Below the pieces are notes generated by a model, which saw only the letters and a program-made list of their open reading frames with translations, was not told where the DNA came from and ran no database searches. From Lama guanicoe (Eukaryota): a stretch of 64,000 nucleotides of DNA. The position numbers were made by a program, and so were the translations under genes. Each line of letters opens with the position of its first letter. The stretch's first letter is position 1. The DNA is taken from contig MU054098.1 in the NCBI GenBank assembly GCA_013239625.1, forward strand, positions 2,295,104-2,359,103, given 5' to 3'. Below, piece by piece: positions 35,401 to 46,600 of the stretch.

Positions 35401-36169
35401 GATCAGCTAACACAAAGCTTTGTGCTCCATGCAGCTCTCTAGCCTTCACCCTTATTCCTTTCTCTACAGTCTCACAAGAGACAGGGCCTGGGTCGTATTC
35501 TCAAATCCAAAACAGCTCCCTTTCTGCCTCTTAAGTTATCTCTTCCACAGAGTTCAAGCTAAAGGAGAAGCAGCAGGTTTGAATTTAGAAGTTAGATTTG
35601 GGAGAAGGTGAATTTGCAGTGCCTAAAGGACATCTAAGCGGTTTTAGCTCTAGAGCTTGGGTCAGAAGTCTGGGCCGCAGGCACAGATTTGGGAGGTAGA
35701 ACTCAAGGCCAAGAGAATGAATGAGGTTATGCAGGAGAAGAAGGGAGGATAAAGAAAGGGGAGGGGTTCAGAATAGAGCTGAAGGGCCTGACTACAATGC
35801 AGGAGCAGGCAGGGGAAAGGAGAGGAAGATTCACTGGGGAAGTGAAGAGAGGACTAGCTTCCTGGCTCTGGCCGGATTGCTGTTAGCCAGGCAATGTTTG
35901 AAGAAACACCAGTAGAACCCCACCGTATTTCGTCTGCTTCTCACTATGCCATGAGCTGGTTGCTGCCTCCCTGCTTTACAAATTCTCCTGTCCCTGAAGA
36001 TCTCAAAGGACAAAGCGTTCCACATGCAGTTCCAGCTTGAATCAGGGATGTTGGTTAAAGAGGAGGAAAACAGATTAAGGCCCCCATATGCCCAGGTTAC
36101 AGAGGGACTCTGCTTCTCACCTTCTTCTGCATCAAGGTCTGGCCTTGGGAATTAATATCCCTTCACATC

Positions 36170-36392
36170 TGCACGCTTTTCACTTTGCAAAGAACTTTCA
36201 TGATTGTCATCCAAACTGGATCCTTAGAGAATCTCTGTGAAGTAGGCAGAGCAAAAATTATGACCTTCACTCCATAGGTGAGGACTCTGAGACCTAGGCA
36301 AGCGAGGAGATTTGCACAAGGTCACCTGGCCAGTTGGTGGCAGAACTGCATCTGGGATGCTGGTCCTACAACTCCTGACAGGGTGTTCCATC
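36170..36392 (-). mobile_element. MIR SINE
   Basis: ggtgaggactctgagacctagg...gatttgcacaaggtcacctggccagttggtggcaga. Confidence 0.8.
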
Positions 36393-36911
36393 CCCAGCAG
36401 GGCACTGCCAAAAGGGCTGCCGCTCCTTGTGCTCCTGAGAACCTGTGAGCTGTGGTTCCAAGACCTGCCTCGGCAATTGCTGAAAACTAGGACCTCCGAA
36501 GCCGAGCCCAGACTAAGAGCTTATTTAGGGCCTGCCGTGTGCCTACCATCGTGCTGGTGCACATGGGAGCCTCAAACAGGGGTCCAGTGTAGCCCCTGCC
36601 CTCAAAGAAATGACAGTCAGAATGGGGAGACTACGTTAGACATCAAGTCCAAAGGCAATCCCAAGGGCCTCCCTCTCTTCCACTTACCAGGGACCTCGAT
36701 GTAGAGACCCCTTCTGCATTCACCTCTCTCCTGCCCCAGCCCTAGGGGTTGATGAGGATCCAGGGCTAAGAGGAAAGATGGGAAAATGCAGGAAGAAAGG
36801 AAAAATTAGAGTTCTTGCTAAGCGTCAGGCACAGTGCGGAGTATATGTTATAAGCATGTCAGCTGTATGATATTTATTTTATACGCATATACACAGAGCC
36901 AATTTCCATGG

Positions 36912-36998
36912 ATTAATTAACTTAGCTAACTCTCATCCATGTAGAGAGCTTAAAACAGTGCCTGGTACTTAGGAAACACTGAATAAATATTAACTATT
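36912..36998 (+). mobile_element. MIR 3' end
   Basis: tgtagagagcttaaaacagtgcctggtacttaggaaacactgaataaatattaactatt. Confidence 0.8.
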
Positions 36999-37349
36999 CT
37001 TTCTTACTATCAGGCATATTTCAAAGTTTTGGGACCTGCAGTGTGTACAGAGCTGTTTACAGAAGAAGATAGGAAGGATGTGAACATGAATTTGACCTAC
37101 CTACCTCAATTACGCAGTTGGGATCTGGAACTAAAGAAATCGCTGAGCTTTGCTTGGTGAGATAATGCATCTCTACACACTAGCCCCAAATCCCAAACTG
37201 TTAGGGTTGTTGAATTTCCAAATATTTAGCAGTAGTAGCAAGTAGTAGTAGTTTTTATTTTCTCCCATATTCTCTCCTGGACACTGTAGTTTCAGTCACA
37301 CACCTGACAGTCATAAATCTTATTCTACTACCTCTCCCATCACTGCTAC

Positions 37350-38270
37350 TGATGCTTCACTCTTGCTTCACTGAGGAACTCAAGGCCATCAAGGGAGATG
37401 TTCCTATCCAGCAACCATGCCCACTACTGACTCCTTTTCTCTAGTCCCAAAGAGTGAGCTGTCACTCTTCCTGTCCAAGGCCAACTCACCCACCTAGATC
37501 CTCTTGTCTTCTCTGTTGTCAGGGACACTACTATATAAAGCATCCCCTCCCTCTCCTTATCATTAACCTCACTTTCTCCTGCTGATTCTTTTTCCACAAC
37601 ATAGGAACATGCTCACGGCTCTCTCCACATTAAACAAAAGCACTCCTTAATTTATAATCCCTTCTAGCTGACCCTCTTGTTCTCCTTTCCTTCCCAGCTA
37701 GGTTCCTTGAAATAACAGCCTACACTCACCACTTTAACTCTCTGATCTCTCATTAATACCTCAAGTTACTGCCAACTCTCTTCATCTCTCATAATCCCAC
37801 TAAAACTGCTCTCCCTGAAGTCATCAATGATCTACATGCTTCCAAAGTCAATGGATACTCTTGTATCATTTTCTTAATTGATCTCTCTGTTCCATTGGAC
37901 ATTACTGCCTACTCCCTAGTTAAACTTCTCTCTCCTTTGACTTCTTGGAAATCATTCTCTCCCCATTTCTCTCCTTTTCTGGCCATTCATCCTTGGTCTC
38001 CTACTCTGGATTCTCTTTCTCTGCTTAAACCTCAAATATTGTTGAGCTCCAAGATTTCCACTATACCCATCCCTGAGTGATCACCTCTGAATCCAAGGCC
38101 TCAGAGCCCTATGCTTCTCTACCACTGCATTTAGCACCATCTTCCTATTCAACTGTGATCTTCTTGAGAACAGAGCCCATGCCCTGTTCATTCTTGTGTC
38201 CTCAGTGCTGTGCACAGTGTCTGATATGTTATGAACATTCCATTAATATTTATTTCATAAATGAATTAAA
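37350..38270 (+). mobile_element. L2 (ORF2 remnant to 3' end, with internal deletions)
   Basis: aaactgctctccctgaagtcatcaatgatctacatgcttccaaagtcaatggatactc (L2 RT region); tail tgtgcacagtgtctgatatg...taaatgaat. Confidence 0.8.
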
Positions 38271-39764
38271 ACTAAGGTTTGACCTTAGTTATGTCTTATC
38301 AAATTGTAAGTCTCCCAGGATCAGTTGCCAGTGTTACAATGTATACTTTAGATCAAGTAATCATTCAATATTCTGAATGAGGCTATATAAGCTCGCTAGC
38401 CTGCCCATGCCCTGAAGCAAAGCTGCTTATCTAACAGTAGCTGTTTACGGTGTTCTTCATGTTCCTGAGGCCCAAATCTGCTAAAAAGAAAAAGAGGTTT
38501 CTGAGATTGTGCTTAGATTCAGTATAATGTAAGTAAGATAATGTGTATGCATAGCTGGACTGAGGCAAGAAAGATGGGGCTACGATAAATGGGAAAGGAG
38601 AGGCCTTACGTATATGTGCTCATTTTCTTCAGCCTTGCAGACGGTCATTTGGCTGGATATATAGTAACTATAGAGCTAGTAACACTGAAGACAGGATATA
38701 AGACGGTGATTGTGTTAATTTGCCTATGAGTGTATTCACGTTTGACATTGACGAAATTTGGGTTTAGAAGACCAAACTCTCCCTTTCAGACTCACTATCA
38801 ACACTCTGTGGTAACATTTCCCCAATATAATACCCTATCCAGACATTCAAGGCCTTTCTCTTATAAAAGGTATCCAGCTAACATAAGTCTTTCCTTTTGA
38901 ATTAATCATACATTACTACAATCCTTTTCCTGTGGACTTATGTCTCAACTGCAGAATAAAAGGCCTCCATGATCTGAGAAGGATTCCAAGGGGCAGCAGG
39001 ACCTGCATGGAACCCCAAAAATCACAGAACAGGCACCAGTCTTAAAAGCTATACTTGCTTCCAAGACCCAGATCCATCTCCTTTAAGGGGCTCCTAAGAG
39101 CTAGTGCTGATATGCATGAATGGGTTAGACACTACAGCCAATGGTCCTAGATGAATTGTTCTCCCTTCCAGCCAATTATGATTCTGTATCCTACTGTAAA
39201 AACCCCAGACTTTTCCATCCAGGTGGATCAAAAGATGAGATTTTTTTCTATTTCAAGCTTCAAGAATTAGCCTTGTCAGAACCAAAAGCTCAGACCAGTA
39301 GGAATAACTGACAAGGTCTTCCAAGGCAGAAAGCATCTGTCCAGCTCACCAAAACTCCCTTTATTATCATCTAACACTAACCACCTTAGAAAATGTTTCC
39401 CAATCATGGCTAGAGATTTCACATTATTATTGTCTTAGTAATCAGAAAAGTTCTAGGTAGGTATATAGAAAATATATTATTATCTGATATTTTATTAGAT
39501 ACTCAGGACAGAAAGACAGAAACACAGAAGAGAAAGTTCCTGAAAATTGTGTTGATTGCTGATGGTTAGGTAATGAGCCATTCTCATCTCTAGCTATCAT
39601 CTTTTTCTTGAAATGGAAATTGGAATTGCTTGCTCTAATTTCCATGGGGATACTAAGGCATACAGAGTCTAGATCTATGGCAAGGAAGCAGACATCTGGG
39701 TGGCACCATGTTGTATTCCCCTAGTAGGTTGATTACAAAATGTCCAGGAATAAGTTATCAAATA

Positions 39765-39890
39765 AATATTAAGTGTTATCATATGTCAGTCACCGTGCAA
39801 AGTGATTTAATACATTATCGCCTTCAATCATTGTAGCATCTCCAGGAAGTAGGAACTATTACTGTCATCACCTATTTCCAAATGAGGACA
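39765..39890 (-). mobile_element. MIR fragment
   Basis: gaagtaggaactattactgtcatcacctatttccaaatgagga. Confidence 0.7.
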
Positions 39891-39899
39891 TCATTAACT

Positions 39900-40845
39900 T
39901 TCATATTATTGAGAACACTATTGGAAGTAAAGATTCCACTTAGAACATATTTAAACAAAAACAATTTCGATGAAGACCACTTTAAAGTATTACTGAGAGG
40001 CGTAAAATAAAACTTGCACAAATAAATATATACACTGTTCTTAAATATGAACACTCAATACTGTAAGATAATAATTCACGTATTAGTCTAAAATTTAGTC
40101 TATTAATTTAAATGTGATCCAAATGAAAATACCAACAGGAGGTTTTTGGATTTAGACGTGAAGATATTAAATTCATATGGAAAAATAAACATGTAAGTAT
40201 AGTCAGAAAATCACTGGTAAAATATACTATAAAACTATGATAATTATAACAATCAGGATTGGCTAATAAGAAAACAAACTGATCAGTGTAAGAGAACAGA
40301 GTATCCAGAAAGAGCACCTATACATATAGGAGTTTTATACTGTATAGATGGTATTTAAAATCTGTCAGCAAATGAATTATTCAATAACTGATGTTACTGA
40401 ATGGGTAACTGATTGATAACTAATGTTATCAAGTGTTATTAAATTGGCTAACTTCCTAACCAAAAATACATTCCAGATGGTAAGATTTAAGTATAAAAAA
40501 TAAATCAGTAAAAATGCTAAATGGAAATATAGCAGAGTCTTTATAAAATAATCTAATATTGAGGAAGACCTTTCTAAGCAACACACAAAACCTAGAAGTC
40601 ATGCAGGAAAAGAATGAAAGATTTGAATACAGAGAAATTCTAGATTTCTGACAGCAAAAACTATCCTAAACATCCAAAGAAAAATGAAAAAATATTTACA
40701 ATAGAGGGCAAAAGCCTAATTCCATTTATGTATAAAAAGTTCTGAGAAATTGGTTAAAAAAACACAAACAACTTCATTAAAAATGAACAAACAACATGGA
40801 TGGCTTTTAAATACATGAATGCTTAACTTCACCCACAATTAAATA
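39900..40845 (+). mobile_element. decayed L1 ORF2 (post-RT region)
   Basis: aatgtgatccaaatgaaaataccaacagg...taaattcatatggaaaaataaac...agaacagagtatccagaaa. Confidence 0.75.
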
Positions 40846-40849
40846 TATA

Positions 40850-41300
40850 ATATATTTCTTTTTCCAGAGGAGTTTTAGGATTAAAGCAAAACTGAATGAA
40901 AGGTACAGAAACTTCCCACATACCTCCTTCCCCACCCCCACACACAGACTTCCCCACTCTGACATCCGCCACCAGAGTGGCACATTTGTCACAACTGATG
41001 AGACTGCACTGACACATCATAATCAGTCAAAGTCCATTGTTTACATTAGGGTTCACTCTTCCCATTGTACAATCTATGGGCTTGGAAAAATGTATAACGA
41101 CTTGTATCCATCATTATGGCATCATAGAGAATATCTGCACTGCCTTAAAAATCCTCTGTGTTCTGCCTATTCATCCTTCTCCCTACCCCCAACCCCTGAT
41201 AACCACTGATCTTTTACTGTCTCCAAAGCTTGGCCTTTTTCATTATACATTATGCCTTTGCATTATACAGATGTATAATGACATGTATCCACCATTGTAA
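40850..41300 (-). mobile_element. L1MC/MD-type 3' end
   Basis: caccagagtggcacatttgtcacaactgatgag...gtttacattagggttcactcttcccattgtac. Confidence 0.85.
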
Positions 41301-41899
41301 TTAAATGCATATTTTAGTGAGAATATTTTTAACCATCAAAAGGGAAGACTATGAAGAGCTTTAAGCTAATAAAATTGAACTTAGGGAAAGTTCCTCAAAC
41401 CAACCCATAGAGAAACAGAAAACCTGACAAGTCCTACAATTATTGTTTAAAACTTGAAATAAATAGTTAAAAATCTACTCTCTCAACCAAATTTCAAAAA
41501 ACAAATTTTCAATGAACATATAATCTCTAATTTACATAAATGTTCCAGAAAAAGTATTCAATTCTCTAATGAGCCTACTTTAGTTTTGACATCAAAAGCA
41601 GGGAAGAAGAATGAAAATGAACAATTATAAGCCAAGCTGAATTATGAACAAAGACAGATAAACACTAAATAAAACATTACAAAATGAATCCATCTGTATA
41701 TTACATCATTACCAAGAGTGGTACATCTGAAGACTGCAAGAATGATTTAGTATTCAAGAAAAAAAGGTATTTATTGTCTTTTAACGTTATAAGATCAAAC
41801 AGAAAAATAATTTGATGAAATGCGGGAAAAGCTTTTGATAAAAATCAACACCTGTTCAGGATGAAAATTCTCAAAAACCTGAAAATAAAAATTAATTTC

Positions 41900-42262
41900 C
41901 TCCAAGGCAAAACTATGGAGACAAAAAGATCAGTGACTGCCGGCGGGGGTGTGGGGGGAGATGAATAGACAGAATACAGAAGACTTTTAAGGCAGTGAAA
42001 ATACTCTGTATAATGGATATATGTCACTATACATTTGTCCAAACCCAGAGAATGTACAACACTAAGAGTGAATCCTAAGGTAAACCATGGACTTTGGGTG
42101 ATTATGATATGTCAATCATAGGTCCATCCTTGGTAAAAAATGTACCATTCTGGTGAGTGATGTTGATAATGGGGAGGCTATACATGTTTGGGAGCAGGGA
42201 GTTTATATCTGTATCTCCCTCTCAATTTTACTGTAAACTTAGAACTGCTCTAAAAAAAATTC
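41900..42262 (+). mobile_element. L1MC-type 3' end nested in the older L1
   Basis: aaggcaaaactatggagacaaaaagatcagtgactgcc...agagtgaatcctaaggtaaaccatggactttgggtg...gaactgctctaaaaaaaa. Confidence 0.88.
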
Positions 42263-42550
42263 TTTTAAGAAGTTAATTTGCTTAACTTGATAAAGGTGAA
42301 CTACTAGAAAATGTATAACAAGTATAATTGGTGATACATTTGAAATATTTGTCTTAACATCAAGAATAAATAAAGAATGCCTACCACCACTGTTTTTATT
42401 CAATATCATACTGAGAGACTTGGCCAACAAAACTACACAAGAAAAAAAAATCAAGTATTTCAGAACTGGAAAGAAAAAATAAAACTGACATTATTTGGAG
42501 AAAGTATGATTATTTATACAGAAAACACAAGAAAAAACTACAAATTTTTA

Positions 42551-42627
42551 TATGTATAACTGAATCACTTTGCTGCAACCTGAAACTAACAACATTATGT
42601 CAACTATACTTCAATAGAAAAAGGATA
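42551..42627 (+). mobile_element. ultra-short cetartiodactyl L1 3' tip
   Basis: tatgtataactgaatcactttgctg...caactatacttcaat; 19-bp TSD aaaaaactacaa[a/g]ttttta at 42532-42550 and 42628-42646. Confidence 0.88.
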
Positions 42628-43804
42628 AAAAAACTACAAGTTTTTAAAACTAGAACATTGCTGAATATATAATTAACGTACCAAAAATATGTTTTTATAT
42701 ATCAGCAACAAATAATTTAAAAGTAAAATGACAAATATAGATCCTACTTACAACAGAAAAAGAATACAAGTATTAAATAATAAATCTGACAAGAGAAGTC
42801 TAATAGTTTTATGAATAAAATTATGAAGTATTATTAAAAGCATAAAAAAGATATAAGTCGATGGAGAATTGTCAATGTTCATGTGCCATGTTCACGGATG
42901 GGAAAATCAACATCACAAAGATGATAATTTCCTCCAAGTTAATCTATAAGCCCAATACAATTCCACAATTTTTTTCCTTCAAAAGCTTATCCTAAAATTT
43001 ATATTAAAGAATTAAAGGCCAAGAGCAGTCAGGATAATACTGAATAATAATAATAATGACAATAATAATAAATGATGGATTTGCCTACCATGAAATCTAC
43101 ATTTTAAAATAAAGCTATCATTATTTTTAAATTGTAGTATTGGTACAAGTAGAGACTAATAGAATGTAACAGAAAACTCAGAAACAGACCCACTTCACAT
43201 ATCTGAACTTTGTATATGAATAGATTCCATTATAAATTTTAAAAAATGGGATGAACTTTTCAATAAATTTTGTTGGGCAACTAGCTAGCTATATGAAAAA
43301 AGGACAAAATTAGATCCTTACTTCATCCTGCTGAATTAATGAGTTAAATATGAAAAGCAAAGCTTTCAGAATGAAAGACAGAAGAGCTTTGATACTGAGG
43401 TAGAGAAAATGTTTTAAATAAAACAAACTGAAAAGCACAGATTATAAATGAAGAGATGGATGAACCTGACTACCTTAAAATTATATTATAAATTTCTATA
43501 TGACTAAAAGTCACCATAAATCAAATGAAGAGGCCAGACACAGACTGAGAAGATATTCACAATGCATATAGCCAATGCAGTGCAGTCTATGTTCCATAAA
43601 TTAATAAAGAGAAGACAAACTACCCAACAGAAAAATGATTAAAAGATACGTACTGGTACTTCACAGAAGAAACCTAGACAGTTAAAAAATATAGGAATAC
43701 ATCCTTGAGTTCACTAATAATCAGGCAAATGCAAGTTAGGATAATGAAGGACCATTTTGTACCCATCAGAACGGTAAAAAAAAATAAATTTGACTAACAT
43801 TGAG

Positions 43805-44044
43805 CAGAACTGGGACTAGGGTGAGGTAAGTAAGGCACTCTTTCCTCAGGCACAAAATGTAAGGGGGCATCAAAAAAACTCAGCAGTCAAAATAAACAAT
43901 ATTTTAAAGCAGGATTTTCCAAAGCTCAAAGTTTATGCAAAAAACACTCATGATGAACAAAGTATCAAATTTTTAAGCAAAGACAGAATCTGAGCACACA
44001 CTTGCATGACTCATCTTATTTGCCTTAACCCTAATCCTGGTCTG
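43805..44044. mobile_element. hAT MITE, MER96-like
   Basis: imperfect TIRs cagaactgggactagggtgaggtaagtaag / cttatttgccttaaccctaatcctggtctg; internal caaaatgtaagggggcatcaaaaaaactcag. Confidence 0.75.
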
Positions 44045-44289
44045 TTGGATCAAAGGACTGGTGAGGATTCAGGGAAATTGGATCTTTTATACATTTCTAG
44101 TAGGAAAAAAACTGCAACTATTTTGGAGAGTTATTTGATAATACTGAAGATGCCATAACTTACATCACGTTCGTTCCAGTTCTAAGATTCTGTCTTAAAG
44201 AAACTCTCACACTACTGTACAAGTGTAAAAGGGTGTGCTTTCCAGCACTCTTATAGCAACAACAACAAAAAAAAACAGGAGGCAATCAC

Positions 44290-44828
44290 TGACAAAGATT
44301 CTCTCCTTGACCAAACTCTATCCAGGCTCCTCTGAAGTCTTTCTTGACCAGACCTCAATCTTGCCCATAAAGACTTGAAGAAAGCATTAACATCATTTTT
44401 AACAGCTCAAAGCCACATCACTAGGATGATCCTAGTTCCCCTTAAAGTGCCTGCCTGAGAAAACTCAAGTCTGCCATAAGAATTGACTGTTCCAGCCATT
44501 ATCTGAAGATAGGGCCTGTCTCCCAGTCTCTATGGGAAGATAGAAGCCTAACTTCAGTAAGGGCCAGTTAGCAAATCCAGATGGGTTTCACATGGGCCAA
44601 CACCCTCTTCCTACTTTTTATAATTTTTCACTTCCTTAACTCTATTGAGCCCCTACTCACACCCCTCCCTATTCCCTCACTCTCCCTTTAAATCTCCCAG
44701 TCACTTTTGTACAAATCGAAGTTGAGTCCAGTTCATGCTGGATTCTTTTTCCTGCTGCAATAGTATATTACTGATTAAAGTTTGTCTTTGCCACTTTAAT
44801 TGGTGACCAGTTTTGTTAATCTTTGACC
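44290..44828 (+). mobile_element. ERV1 solo LTR, MER31/MER67 group
   Basis: starts tgacaaagattctctccttgaccaaactctatccaggctcctctga; attaaa near the 3' end; ends ctttgac. Confidence 0.75.
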
Positions 44829-45984
44829 TCTTCTAACCGTCCCATAGGAGAGGAATGGATAAACTATGGTTTCTTTGTACAATGGAATACTACATAATGG
44901 CTAAAATAAATGAACTAGATATACATATACCCACATAAATCTCAAACATAATTTTGAATAAAGTCATATAAACCTCAAAAATAAATTTGAACTAAAAAAG
45001 CAAGTTGCAAAAATACAATATACCACTTATGTAAAGCTTAAAAATACAGATACCATATATTGTGTGGGTGTACATATTATATATATGCAAACACACATAT
45101 AAAATGATATATGTATTATATAATAATATATTCTATATATTGTTATATACCACTACCAATATACCCATATACATAAATCTGATCATGGTACTTCTCTGCT
45201 GCAATTTCTTAGCTTAACTTATATACCCCTTCATTATCTGGTCATTGCTTACTTTTCTATAACCACTCACCACTGGACCTATGCTGTGGCCACAGAGAAT
45301 ACCTTTGAATTACTCAAATATACATAGAAAAAAATATGTGTGTTTCAATGGAAAATTATCCATCCTCTATAGCACACTTTTCGGTTATCAGATTCTATCT
45401 CTTCTTTGTCTTAAAGCCATTTTACAATTTTTTGTAAGCTGTAGGTAACTGAGAGGCATGTAAGTTATGTCTTACTCAGCAATGGTTTAGTTGACTCCTT
45501 CCCACCCTTGAGGAAAAACCAGTTTTGTCTTTATTTACAATTTATCTCAATATTCCTTTATTCCATATATATCTGTGCTGTTTTGACTTTTTTTGAACCA
45601 GTTATAATATCTGCCTGATTCACTCATATCATATGAATAAAATAAATTCTTTACCACATATTTATACCTGTATAAGCATCATGTTTTTACCTTTTTCAGA
45701 AAATTACTTTTCAACATATGCCATGCTCTCTTCTTTCTTGCCTATTTCTTCCCTCTTGACCTTCACATAGCTTGTTCCTTCTATCTAGAACATAATCCTC
45801 ACCCCATATTCCTCTGTTGCTAGCAAAGGGTTCATAAAAATTTTTGTTGAATGAAAGTAAAAGGAAGGTTAGAAGGAAGAAACCAACAAACCAAACCAGG
45901 TCTGTCTAACACCAAACCTCTGCTCTTTCCAGTAAGTTGCTGACTTTCACATTTTTCACATCATCTAAACAACAGAATGATCTA

Positions 45985-46600
45985 CCTCAGAGTAATGAAC
46001 TCCCTGTCACTGGAAGTATTCAAGTAGAGCCTGGGTAATCATCCCACTAGGGATGCAGTAAGGTGTGATTCTGGCATTGGGAATGTTAAAGAAAAAAGTA
46101 TTTTGGCACTTGTTCAAACAGTGAAGAAGACTTTATTCAAAAACTATTGCAGTGGAGGTATAGCAATAGGGAAGCGAGATCAGGCTCATCTCCAACTACA
46201 GCAAAGAAAGCTGATGATTTATAGTCAATTGGCAGGGTGTAGGGGTCAATGGATGGAAAATTTCTAAGAAGAAATATCAATGGTGGGGGCAGGGAGTCTT
46301 ACTAAATTGACCTAACAAGATTCTTGCTAAAGGCAGGCCAAGGATTTAGACATCAAGGATGAGGGATGAGGAAATTGATCATATGTCAAGGGTGATCAAA
46401 TATCAAGGGAGGAGAATTACTTAGCAGGATCTTTTGCTAAGACTGAGCTGGGCAGGCCAAAACCAGGACAGGAGCCAAAGTCAAGGTCTAGTCAAGAAGA
46501 GGGCTCAGAGTATTCTGACTAAAGATTGGTGAAGGAGAGAGTCTTTGTCAAGAGGAAGGTTGTAACAGATAATCTCTATGGTTCTTTCCAACTCCATGGT
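45985..46600 (+). mobile_element. L3/CR1 3' remnant split by an LTR
   Basis: aatgaactccctgtcactggaagtattcaagtagagcctgg, resuming at 46551 (cagataatctctatggttctttccaactc). Confidence 0.6.
46084..46550 (-). mobile_element. ERV1 solo LTR, MER31-like
   Basis: reverse complement starts tgacaaagactctctccttcaccaatctttagtcag...ctctgagccctcttc and ends ...tttaaca. Confidence 0.8.

Larger units (their letters stand above)
41300..45040 (+). mobile_element. decayed L1 (RT region to 3' UTR) hosting nested insertions
   Basis: KEKIKLTLFGESMIIYTENT (a degenerate [20 protein letters not shown]) at ~42470-42530; later ggaatggataaactatgg...aatggaatactac. Confidence 0.8.

Noticed and set aside
36312..36704. 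130-aa ORF in a slightly GC-richer patch
   Set aside because: Begins in a MIR with a non-ATG start and crosses an L2 fragment; too few CpGs for an island; no recognisable homology
42377..42559. Reverse-transcriptase-like motif
   Set aside because: Dead L1 RT (FADD decayed to FGES), heavily frameshifted
44290..46550. Two related ERV1 LTRs as ends of one provirus
   Set aside because: Opposite orientations, different subfamilies, and the interval is L1/L2/L3 rather than gag-pol
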